Positions 53,198 to 64,000 of a DNA stretch of 64,000 nucleotides are shown here, one piece after another. Position numbers and translations under genes: made by a program. How positions within the stretch are numbered: the first letter of the stretch is position 1; every line of letters begins with the position of its first letter. This DNA is from Selaginella moellendorffii (lineage: Eukaryota > Plantae > Lycopodiophyta). The DNA lies in NCBI RefSeq assembly GCF_000143415.4, contig NW_003314364.1:282479-346478 (forward strand), given 5' to 3'. The notes under the pieces are model-generated. The model saw only the letters and a list, made by a program, of their open reading frames with translations, was not told the origin of the DNA and did no database searches.

Positions 53198-54168
53198 CAA
53201 TTCAGTAGCTTGATAAACATGCAAATACAGAACTTGATGCAAAATCCTTTGATATGTCACAATGCCCCTAGGACCATAAACACATTTTAATAGAGAGGGT
53301 CCTTTCATTTCATAACTCCTTACGTAGATCTTGGTGAAACCAGAGTTAATGAAGTTAGTTTCTTGTGATCCCGCATCTGATTGTGATGTCCCTTTGCAGT
53401 GTCGATGGAAAGGTCAATGCACACCAAACTGTAAAATCTTGGAGCAAAATAACGGTCGGATCTATGGCAAATGCCCCTGAAACATTGTAAGGCTCGTGTG
53501 GTCTCATGTGGTGTCCGATCGAGATGCTTCTTTGCAGGGTCATCAAGAAAGACATTGTATACCATTCTGTAAAATCTAGTTGCGATCTAACGGTTGGATC
53601 TCCAGAAAACTCAAAACAATCTCGCGCGTGTCAGAATATCCTAGGAATATACTCCTATGTGCCCCTGAAAATGGCATGCGGCCCCACGCCATTCAAGAGA
53701 TAACGCCAGATGACGCCGAGAATTTTTTGGTGCATTTTTTGGGTTCAAAATTGCATGAGCCCACACGCTATAAAGTTTATCTTTGCCAAATAGAGAAAAG
53801 TTTATCTGTGTCATGTGAGGTCATGCATCGCGCTCCCACTCGCGATCACGCTCACATTCGCGCTCATCTACCTTCTCTACAGGTTTCTCGTGTGCATCGG
53901 CGTCCACTCGCGCTTGCATCACACTCGCGCTCGCATCGCGCTCGTGTGCATCGGCGTCCACTTCAAGACACCCAGTTTGTAACTTCGCCGCCAACTCTGC
54001 CGCCCACTCCGCCACCCACACGCAGCCCACTTGGCGTCCCGGGAGATTTCAGCGCCACTCTCCAACTGTTAAGTGGCAGAGTAGCCTTTCTGGTACGATC
54101 CGTTGCACACATAGTGCACATTCGCCAGCGAGTCCAGCCTCGATTGTCACGCCTCCATTCGGCTTCAA

Positions 54169-57100
54169 ATGGTATGTCTTTTAGGCTAAGTAGAAAATGG
54201 CATGAGGCCACATGCCATTCAGTAGCAACATTGGCATGCACCGATTGGGCTCTCGAGTGCAGTCCGGTTACAGATGGCGTGTAGCCTCACGCCATCTTAG
54301 GATGTAGCCTCAAGACATCTGATGCAGTGGTGAATGGCGTGTGGCCTCACGTTATTTCCAGCTGCTAGCTTTTCATCTGTCAGCTCTAATTGTTGTGCAT
54401 TTCTGAACAGGCGAGGAATTGCGTTCTTCTTCCAGCCACTGTCAATGTGGATGCAGAGAAGGGGGAGGAGCTCACCAGTTGGACTTTCGGGATGGAAGGC
54501 GAGGATCTGAGGTCGTACAACACAGATGGTGGGAGAAAAGAATGCATGGGGATCCTCATCCAAGTGACAGACACTCCATGCAGTTCCATGCAAGAATATG
54601 GACTGGCACTTGTGGTAGAGACAGCGTCCGCCTTCAAGATCCACCTTGCACATCCTAGCGGCTTCCCGGAGGGGGGTAGCGGCTATGAGGAATTCCTAGA
54701 GGGAGCTAGGGAGAGGTTGTCCAGGAGGCCCACAATTTCAAAGACGCTGCGGGTCTATGAAGATCACATGGAATCCACAGACCTCACCTACGGCGATGTT
54801 CAAAAACTATATTCCAACATTGAGCCGTTGAGAGTGCCTCCAGTTCGCGAAGCGAAGGGGAAGGGGGTCGATCTGGAAACTACCCCGAAGCAGAAAAGGG
54901 TGGTCAAGCTCAAGCCGACGTCCGACTCTGCTGCTCCAAAAAAGAAGCTACTCGGTGATGCCATTGCCTCGGGTTCGAACACTACACCCACCAAAAAGAA
55001 GAGCCGCAAAGAGCAGAAAGAGCAAGAAGAGGCAGCAAAAATCGTCGCAGATAATAGTACTTGTTACTATTCCAACAAAGTATATACAATCGACGTGAGC
55101 CGTATCGACATCCAAAGCAAATACAACCACAGGCTAGTATCTGATGAGTGGGTGGAGAAACTAAAGCAGAAGATGCTGGCAAGTCCAGTAACACCCGACA
55201 TCGCAGACGTGATCCCCTACTACCAAACAATGAAGGGCAAGACGAGGTTTCCAAACTTGATCAATAGGAAGGTGTTGGACGATCAGAACATCCGGTTCTA
55301 TGCCGTCTTCGGGCAGCATTCTAGCTTGGCGATGCAACAGATAGTTGTGGATATTATGGTGGGCGAGGAGGTGAAGAAAGTCTTCAAGACAAGAGTTGTC
55401 CGCCTGATAAAAGGCAACTCGCCCCTCCGATCTATCATATCCATCTCCCACGCGCAGAATGTCAAGCAAGAAACGTGCTACAAATCGGGTCTGCACGACA
55501 CATTGGCACGAACACGGAAGCTCTGGGTTCAACTGAAGAAGCCACAAAAACCAGGACAAGGACGTGCACTAGCAACTAGCGCCTGGCAGGTAAGCCTCGT
55601 TGCATGTGGCATAGCATGTGGCCTCACGCCATTTCCATTGCAGGAATTCTCGAGTCTTCTCTCGAAAACACTGGGGGTCAATGACACACTCAACATCCAT
55701 AACATTCTACTCGCGACAAAAGTTGTTTTTGACAAATGGGTAGATGTGCTGAGGAGGTACCATGACGGGGAGTTGCTAAACTCAATGGGTGTGGAGGACG
55801 GCCGGAAGCCCAAAGATTTGAAGCTCAACGCCTTGCGTTTCTCGCGGTCTCTAGACGACGACAACCTTCTGACAGTGGCTAATGCTCTTCTACGTGGTGA
55901 GGTAGTCTTCAACAAAACCAAAATGACTCCCGGCCATATTGTGACATACGAGGACTTGTGCACGACTCTGAGAGCTCGTGCGCTATTGAAGGATTGGATC
56001 TTTGAGCAAGTGGCCGTGGAGAGGGTGAGCATCGACAGCACGCAAGAGATGATGGAAGAGCTGGAGTTGTCAAATGAAGACATCGACGAGTACGTGAAGG
56101 GGGCCCCCAAGTTCATCGATCTGCTGCGGGATGCCACGAAAAGTAAAGCTGAGAAGTTGGATCAGTATCCAAATTTCATTAAGAGGGATGTCGACCGCCG
56201 GCTTCAGAAACAGCTCGACCCCGCAACAGAGGCCTATCGAGAACCTTACCGGGTATACGTGAATTCGGATGAGGATCAAAGGTGGAGGAGCATCGTTTCC
56301 CGCGGAGATGAGCAGGTCAAGAACATCTTTTGTGTGATGGACTTCACAAACAAAGAGATCACTCATGCAGACGAAGTCAGCTCCATCATTGACTTAATGG
56401 TGGGACTTGCGGAGGTGGAATCTTCAATCCATTATATGATCTACGACTCCAAATCCTATCACAAGTTCTGGAAGGCCTTGAACGAGGTGAAGGCTCGGTT
56501 GAAAGGCAAGGAGATGCGGGAGATCCATGGGATAATGGCTAAGAAGAAGATACTGACGAATGTCCGCATCTTCACACTCGCCCTTGTTATTGGTCCTGCA
56601 GTAGAGTGGGACTGGAGTGACTTCCCAGCTTCGTTCGATAAGGCCGATCGAATTGATCTGAGGGAGGTCAATTTACCTGTGCCTGAGGAACTGAAGACGG
56701 GTATGGAGCTTTCGAATCCAAAGAAAGCTCCAGGTGCAGCATGGGAAATGCTCAGCTGGGTCTTCAACACAATAGCGGGTGACACCAAGGGCAAATGCGT
56801 TGTCGAGTACAACTGCGGCGGACTATTCTTTTGAGCCGCACTACTCAAGGGTGTCCCGTGTGTTGCGGTGACAAACTCCATTGAAGAGGTGACTTCAATG
56901 GAGCATATAATTACAGTTGCCAAAGAAAAACAGTATCTTCTCTGCGAACCTGGTGATTACGCACTTTAAGTTTAAATGTTATCTCACAAGCTCTGTATGC
57001 AGGAGCGTGGCCACCCCCAGATGCTGAAACGGCGTTAACAGCTACTGATGTTAGGCCGAGCTCACAACCTGCACAAGGTAAGGTCACATGAGGCCTCACG

Positions 57101-58656
57101 CCATTTTGATTATAGATCGTTGTGAATATTCAGACACGAGGACTGAAAAGCGCACTGGTGGCGCGTCGAAGAAGGACAAACAGACAAGCAATAGGAAAAA
57201 AGGAGGTACAAATTATATTTGCAATGGCATGTGGTCTCATGCCATTCCTTGCAGGAGACACTTCTTCAAAGGCAAAACAGGCAAGCACCAGCCAAGCTCA
57301 AACTGACAGTGGTCATAAAAAGCGAAAGCACGTTGGACAGTCGTCTGGGTCAGAGGCGTTTGATTCGAAAAGGAAGAAGGGCAACGAAAAGATGATAGGT
57401 AATGCCTCGCGGTTATGGCGTGTGTGCTCATGCCATCCATTGCAGATCACCACCTCCTCCTGACTCAGATTCCTATGGCGGACTCCCCTTCCCCAATCTC
57501 AATGGAGAGGTACAATGGATGAGGGATGCTTTTCAAGTTAGGGCCACGTTTTTCTCATCTCGTCGTCTTCGAAGGGTGCAAGAACGTGCAGAAACCATGT
57601 TAAGACAGTCGGGTGAGGATACGGTCCTAGGTCAAGCACTAAAACAGGCTATGGATGTCTTGTATTTTGAGATGGAGACTCGGCCAGATGATTTTCCCAA
57701 GATGGTCCTGGAAAAACAAGCCATCCAGCCTGAGCAGCCTATGGAAGAAATGCAGGAGGGGGATGAGGAGCCAGAGAAAGATAATGAGCAGGAAGAGCAG
57801 AAGGACGAAGAGGAGGACAAAGAAGAGGAGGACGAAGAGGACTTGGATGGTCCTCACAATGGTGACGATCACAATAACGACGATGACGATGATGACGACG
57901 ATGGCCAGCCTGAGGTGGCCAAAGAGCAGCGGAGGAAGGTCATACAAGACAAACCATCAGGTAAATAGTAGTACATCCATTCCTAACCTTTTACCATTTC
58001 TAACATTGTCCATGTAGGTCGCAGAAGAAATGGTAAGTAGAGATTATTCAGTTGAATTAAGATACAAACTCTAGCCTTTAGTGTCGAGGAAGGATAGTGC
58101 CAAGCAAGGGTCGAAACGTATGTCCAATCCTTCAGAATCAGCAGTGCGCCCAATAGCAGTTGATGGTAAATACAGTATAGTCGATTCAATGTGCTAATGA
58201 GTTTGTTTTTAGTAGCCAGTAGGGAGGATACCATCTCAATCGAAGGGAGATATTTGGACATGCATATGGATCTGCCAGTGGACTCTACTTGCCTGCAAGA
58301 GTCATCAGAGCTGGTGGAGGTTACTATCCATATCAACGCCAAGCAAGCTGACCACGCTCCACTTGATGCTGCCCATACCACTGAGTCAATCTTGTCCACG
58401 TATCCAACTGACGGTGACCAGGCGCCATTGGACCCGCATGAGGCCGCCCCAGCCGCCGAGCCAGTCGTATCCTCATTTCCAACGGACTCAACATGTGCCC
58501 AATCGTCTGACTACGCGCCGTTGGAACTTCCCTACACCGCCCCTGCTGCCTGTTCGGTCATGTCCACTTTGCCAATGGAGGCACCACCTGAAATGGCGTG
58601 TGATCACAGGCCATCGGAACCACCCCATGCCACTGTTGAGCCAGTTGTACCAGAAA
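54169..58656 (+). pseudogene. multi-exon cargo gene: ParB/Srx-like domain, degenerate DNA methyltransferase-like region, acidic/basic disordered tail
   Basis: ATG 54169 | intron 54172-54410 | long exon from 54411. Further GT-AG introns 55590-55643, 56953-57002, 57078-57133, 57206-57254, 57399-57445, 57961-58017. Premature TGA 56832-56834 and probable 1-bp loss in the A-run 57387-57390. Domain calls by eye. Confidence 0.7.
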
Positions 58657-61600
58657 GCTCTATTTCGTTAAAGTGGGATTTATTCAGTAAAATGGGACTA
58701 GGTACAAATTTTCAAGTATTTGAAAATGACGTGAAATTATATGTTTTTTGTCCAGGGGCTAGACATATCTGGGGCATGGTGACTAGCGCGGTGACCTTAT
58801 GTCTAGACTGAGTCCATCTAGTTGTATAATAAATCTCATTGTCAAGGTGAACAAGCCGAATCTGAAGCTAAAGAAGAGTGATGGCATGCGCGCACACACT
58901 ATTTGTTTGTTCATTGAGCGTGTGGTGAGCTTTCCAAGATGAACGTCATTCCTATTAGCCAGACATATCACTTAATGGTGAGAACATTTAGATATTATTC
59001 AATGTTATCTTTTTCTAACGAATCTAATTGTGAAGGTGTAGCAAGAGGCATTGCTAGTCTGGAGAAGTCATTTAACTCATTTGACCCTTAGTGTATTTTC
59101 ATGAAACTAAATAACATTCATATTATTAAGGAATTTCTCTAGTACCTTTTTTTTACGACATAGAGGCTTGCATTTCTTTCAAAGGTGATTTAGTAAAAGG
59201 CCTGAGGGCACATGCCATTCTATTTCTCAGACCGGTATTAAGATATACTAGTGCAAAGGGAAAAAGGTATTTGGTGATCAAGTAAATGGCATGAGGGCAC
59301 ACGCCATTATAAGCCTAAGCGCTAGTGGACACCTCCTTTTTGGTACTCTCAGCGGTACTATCATCCTTCTCCGGGTCAATTGTTTTGCTTTGGATTGTTG
59401 TCTCTGACGTTACTGGGGCGTTCTCGATAGTTGTTAATGTTGCCGTTTGTTCAGAAAAATGATCACCTGGAGTATAGTACGGGGAGTTTGGAAGACTTAT
59501 ATATTCTACATCTTCACCTATCTCCTTCTCCGTCTCCTTTTCTGCCTCACTTACAGATTTTGTGCTTGCCATGAGAACGCTCTTCACCCTAAAATATGGA
59601 GTTCGTTGTGTTATAAAAGGAAACCAACACACACGCTGCAAGGGAATGATGGTACATAAAGCACGTAAGCCCACAATATGGGTTTATGTGCCATTAATAT
59701 GGGCCACACGCCATATTATTAGATTTATGCACGTGTGATTGGTAAATGCATATGTCACATCATCTTTGTTTTACCTCACACACTATATCAAGCCTCCTCT
59801 GATTCAGATTCGGATTGTTCACCTTGAAATAAAATACATTAGAAACTTTGTAAAGGAATATTAATGAATCTCACCTTGAACCCGAGTTATGAATGCTCTT
59901 GCTGCATCTCTTGCATGGTCTGGCAAGGTGATGGTGGCACTCTGCTTCCGCATCCAACCATGCACAACATTATCCACCGATATGCTCATGCTGGGATCCC
60001 TTGGATTCAGCACCCATCTCTTTTCTAGGCAATCCTTCGTATATCCGGAACTTGGCTTGAACCACTCCACAGTTACATTGAAGGAGTTAGTTTCTGCGTC
60101 CTCCTCTACATCAGTGATGCAGCGCCCCACCCATATCATTTGTTTTTTATTACTGGGTCTGACAAGCACGACCATTCCTTTGCAGACCTGTACTGGATTG
60201 AATGCTGAATCCGGCTTCTTGTTCCTCGGCCCACAATAGTGATCCTCAACATCGTTATCTGTCACTGCATTTCCAGAGGACATTGTTCCGCTACTATCTG
60301 GTGCTCTGGGTTCTGGCCAAAAGGACTCTTCCAATTCTTCATATACAACCGGCCCATTTTGGATAGCAGATATAATCTTCTCCCAGTATTCAAGCAAAGG
60401 CTTGCACCTCTGAAAATAGGATTCTCCACCAAACACCAACCCCCTCTTCCAGAAGGCAATATGCTGTCTAATCCCGGCCACTATACTTTCCTGGTCTTTG
60501 AGTCCATCCGGGTGCATCGGCCGTGGGGAACCCTGAGGAATCATAGGTTCCCCAGTTATGGGATCTCTCTTGAAGAGTTCAATGCCGTCCACTGGCAGCC
60601 ACACTGTGTCCCATTCTCTCATCTTGTACCTCATCACTGGAGCACCGTCACACATGCTGAAATGAAACTGAAGAGGCTTGGAGTGGCCAATCAGCGTTTC
60701 GGATCCATCCCTGATGTAGCCTCTTACAAACCCCTTAAAGTCTGGAACCTCTGTCAGAAGTGCAGCTTCAACAGTGCCTTTGATGCAATTTTGGAATTCA
60801 TCGTAGAGTTGTGGGAGGGTGAGGACATTGGATCGCCGGAGGGACTCTGCCAGGTGACTGAACATGGCATCGACGTCTTCATGAGTGTGCCCAACCATGA
60901 GAAAGCCAAGTGTAACCGTTTCAAATATGCCTTTGGCAACAAGCATCGCCAAGTACGCGAAGACGTACATGTTTTTGTTCTCACTGCCAGCATTGTCTGT
61001 TTGGAGCAGAAGATGGGGTGGAAGGCCACATCAGCCGCAAGAACTTCCTTGAGATTCTGCTTCGTTTGGATGAGGCTGTGCATTCACCGGGCGACCAGCC
61101 TCGTCGGAATGGCATGAGGCCTCACGTGATAACCCTACAATCTGACGGCCAACATATTCACTGGGATGGCATGGGGCCCCACGCGATACTGCAAGCCTTT
61201 GCTCCTCCTCCAGCTGAACCCTGTATGGGGTTCGATCGACAAGGGCCTTATGCAAGGGTTGGCCGTTCAGCTCAGTCTGCGCACTTTGCAGAGACCTTAA
61301 GTGTTTTGCTAGGGACGCAATCATCATGTTTGCACCCCCGCCACCCCATAGAGGTACAAAGAAGTTCCCATAGTTCTGGGCACCATGCCCATGAGCGATT
61401 ATGCCAAACAGAGACACAGGCAGCTGCATGGATGAAGAGATTGCCTTGGGGGCAGGATTGAGTCGAGGTAAGCACGTCTTTTTCTGGTCCATTTTGTCGT
61501 GGATGATGTAGAGGTAAGAGTCAGGTCTCTCCATGGAGAGAATCCTGTTATGATAATATGCAGTCCTGCAGCTTCTCTGCTCGATGTTGTGGTCGAGCCG

Positions 61601-64000
61601 CCTTCTAACCAACGTCTCTCGCTCTTGAGCGCTGCAAGAATTCTTCGACAAAGCCATTTTGATAGCAGTGCACTCGTCACACTTTGAAAAGCTGGAGTAC
61701 TTTCCTATACTCACATCCCTGAACCTGTTGCTCCACAATCTACTAAATCTAGATTGGCTCAGCTTCCTGTAGCCATTACTCTGGAGTTCCCGATTCACAT
61801 CTTCCAATATGGCCCCCTTGGTATACATGGAAGGGAGAACTCGTTGGGTGTCTCGTGTTCCATCTTCCAAAAGGCGGGTTTTATGTGGTTGCTGCTCGCT
61901 ACATGTCTCGACAAACCTCTTGAAGATTGCCTCTCCATATACAACATGACCCCTGGTTTTGTGCGTACCGTCATTCCCATGGACTGCCTGTTGAACCCTT
62001 TGTTCCTCGAACTCAGTTTTGATTCTGTAGAATGTGGTTCGAGGGACTCCATAAATGATTCTCCATGCCTTCATGCAGACCAAACCCCTCTGGAAGACCA
62101 TGCCCCCCACCTGATGTTCTGAAGCATCAACAGATGACCGTAATGCCTCATACACAAAATTGCGAGCTGCCTTCCAGGACAATGTCTTGTATCTTGCTCT
62201 CTCCTCTTCAATAGCATCCCAATCAGCATGTTGACAGCACCTCCTCTTGCAACAAGCAACTGTCGAGACCATTCGAACCTCCATCGCCATTTTCTGCCTT
62301 TTCGGTTCGTTGCTCAGATCCCTTTGGCTGCGCTTTAGGAAGGTGTACTTTCTTTTCCCATGAAGAGATGTTCTGTCATCAGTTGTAGTGGTGTTTGATT
62401 GTGAATCCTTCACATTCTCAAACACTAAGTGCCTCAATTTCCACCGCACAATGCTTCCAATAGTCAGACTGTTTTCTTCTGTGTCAACAATCTCTAAAAT
62501 CGCAACTCCAATATCATCCCAGCCCAATTCTTGATTAGCAACCGCATCTCTTGGATCGACAACTGTGGCTAAGCCCTCAGCTACCACCTCCCCCTCGGGG
62601 TTGTTTAGAAACATCTTCGCCTGAATCCATGTAGCACGGTTCTTAAGATCCACGGAGGGAACATGCGTCGCACTTGCGCTGTCCCCAACATCTGCTTTCT
62701 TCTGAAGATTTTTCAAGGCAACAACAACATTTACCCCGACGACCATCTCTCCTCGTTCAATAGCGACCACATTCCCATCGAAGACAGTCTCTACTGATAC
62801 AGCAGCATTGCCTTCCCCAAGCCTTTCACAGTGTATAACAAAGTTCCGATCCATAGACACAAGGGTCCCTTTTGCAACTCTCTTCCCACCATTCAAAATG
62901 TAAACCTTTTCCCCAACCCTGAAGGCCATTCTGAAAGTGCAGAAAAGAAGTTAAGACCATACAAAAAATGATTGGAGAATGGCCTAAATCATAACATACC
63001 AAACAACCTCAATAGCATGAGGCCACATGCCATTATTCAAACATGCTATTGACACCCACGTGAAATTTTGCATTCACAAAATTGGCATGAGGCCTCATGC
63101 CATCTTGATATACACACAGCTGCAGGCAAGTAAAAACATACATGACAATATGCTAGCCATGAAATTGCAAGGGCCCAAGATGGCATGTGGCCTCATGCCA
63201 TTTCTAAATGTGGTCCTAAGCCATTCCATGGTGAACATACCAGGAAGCACAAGTGCCGAATATCAAGAGGAAGCGGTAGCCACACCAAAGACAGTGCTGC
63301 TCGCAACACCGCAACTACTCATAGCGCCGCTCGCAACACCGCAATTGCTCGTAGCGCCGCTCGCACAAACTGCCACTCGCATAAATTGCCGCTCGCAATG
63401 GCGCTCGCAATGCCGCAACCGCTCATAGACGCATAAACCACAGCCCACAACGCCGCTTACACAAGCAGCGCTCACTGCGCTCAGCGGAACCAAGAACACG
63501 GCGCACAAAAATGATAGACCTAGGAATGAGTTCGAGAATTCAAAAATAACACACGCTTGAACGTCACATCAAATCCTCTGACAAACCAGATCTTATGATT
63601 CCTCTGACAAATTTCAAACTGAGTAGCTTCTAGACTTTGCTGTCGGAGGTTGAACTTTGTCACATCATGTCCTTGCCTCGATCCAGCTGTGCCATGTCAG
63701 TGATTCGAACTTTGCCATGCCATGTCAGCGATCCGCGCCAAGATTATTCGCCGTGTAAAGGAATAATTATGCTGTGTGTGTACGTCCATTTATGGCAATA
63801 TAAGGCCACACGCCATTCAAAGAATAATGCTCGACATAAGGCCACACGCCATTCAAAGAATAATGCTAGTCGAGCATTTTTTGGTGCATTTTTGGGTTCA
63901 AAATTGCATGAGCCCACACGCTATAAATTTACCTTACCAAAATGAACAGCTTATTACTGGATTAATGTTATCTCACCTGCCTCTCGGTTCCATCTTTTTT
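58657..64000 (-). mobile_element. DNA transposon copy C, runs off window end
   Basis: Near-identical to 47757-52870. Confidence 0.9.
59788..62929 (-). pseudogene. Sola1/DUF7869-like transposase, copy C, full length with a single premature stop
   Basis: CGA>TGA at 61031-61033 splits the ~1030-aa frame into 632-aa and 369-aa ORFs. Confidence 0.88.

Larger units (their letters stand above)
47757..58656 (-). mobile_element. DNA transposon copy B (10,900-bp unit): transposase plus divergent cargo gene
   Basis: Starts GCTCTATTTCGTTAAAG, the same terminus as copies A and C. The next copy starts exactly 10,900 bp later. Confidence 0.88.

Noticed and set aside
53780-53800. CCAAATAGAG as an inverted partner of the GCTCTATTT terminus
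   Set aside because: Only ~8 bp match and internal to the unit, so insufficient for a TIR
53580-54284. 234-aa ORF upstream of the cargo gene
   Set aside because: Runs through CpG-rich repeats, palindromes and the first intron. No coding signature.
47981-58614. Dispersed palindromes or other repeats as a CRISPR array
   Set aside because: Irregular spacing (tens of bp to kb), degenerate copies, eukaryotic intron context, no cas genes
63925-64000. Apparent divergence or terminus of copy C at the window end
   Set aside because: Looks like copy B sequence with collapsed homopolymers, typical of a low-quality read end

Overview
Transposon-dense land-plant DNA. ~50-bp GT-AG introns, TTTAGGG repeats, a Cassandra TRIM and an F-box relic are compatible with a compact seed-free genome such as a lycophyte (inference only). 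Positions ~4-47.7 kb are a nest of Ty3/gypsy chromovirus elements, solo LTRs, TRIMs (one a 5S-carrying Cassandra), two 5'-truncated LINEs, a Helitron/PIF1 relic and 25S rDNA scraps. The most notable content is three copies (1-3994 +; 47757-58656 and 58657->64000 -) of a >=10.9-kb DNA element. It carries a Sola1/DUF7869-type DDD transposase and a divergently transcribed multi-exon cargo gene whose product has a ParB/Srx-like region (FGQHS) and a degenerate N6A/N4C-methyltransferase-like C-terminal region; both domain calls are by eye. About 22 copies of a 22-bp palindrome ATGGC(A/G)TG-N6-CA(T/C)GCCAT lie across one copy, mostly in introns and intergenic DNA. This suggests a transposon-encoded protein with cognate dispersed palindromic sites (parS-like or VANC-like), which is a hypothesis to test. 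No copy is fully intact in the window.
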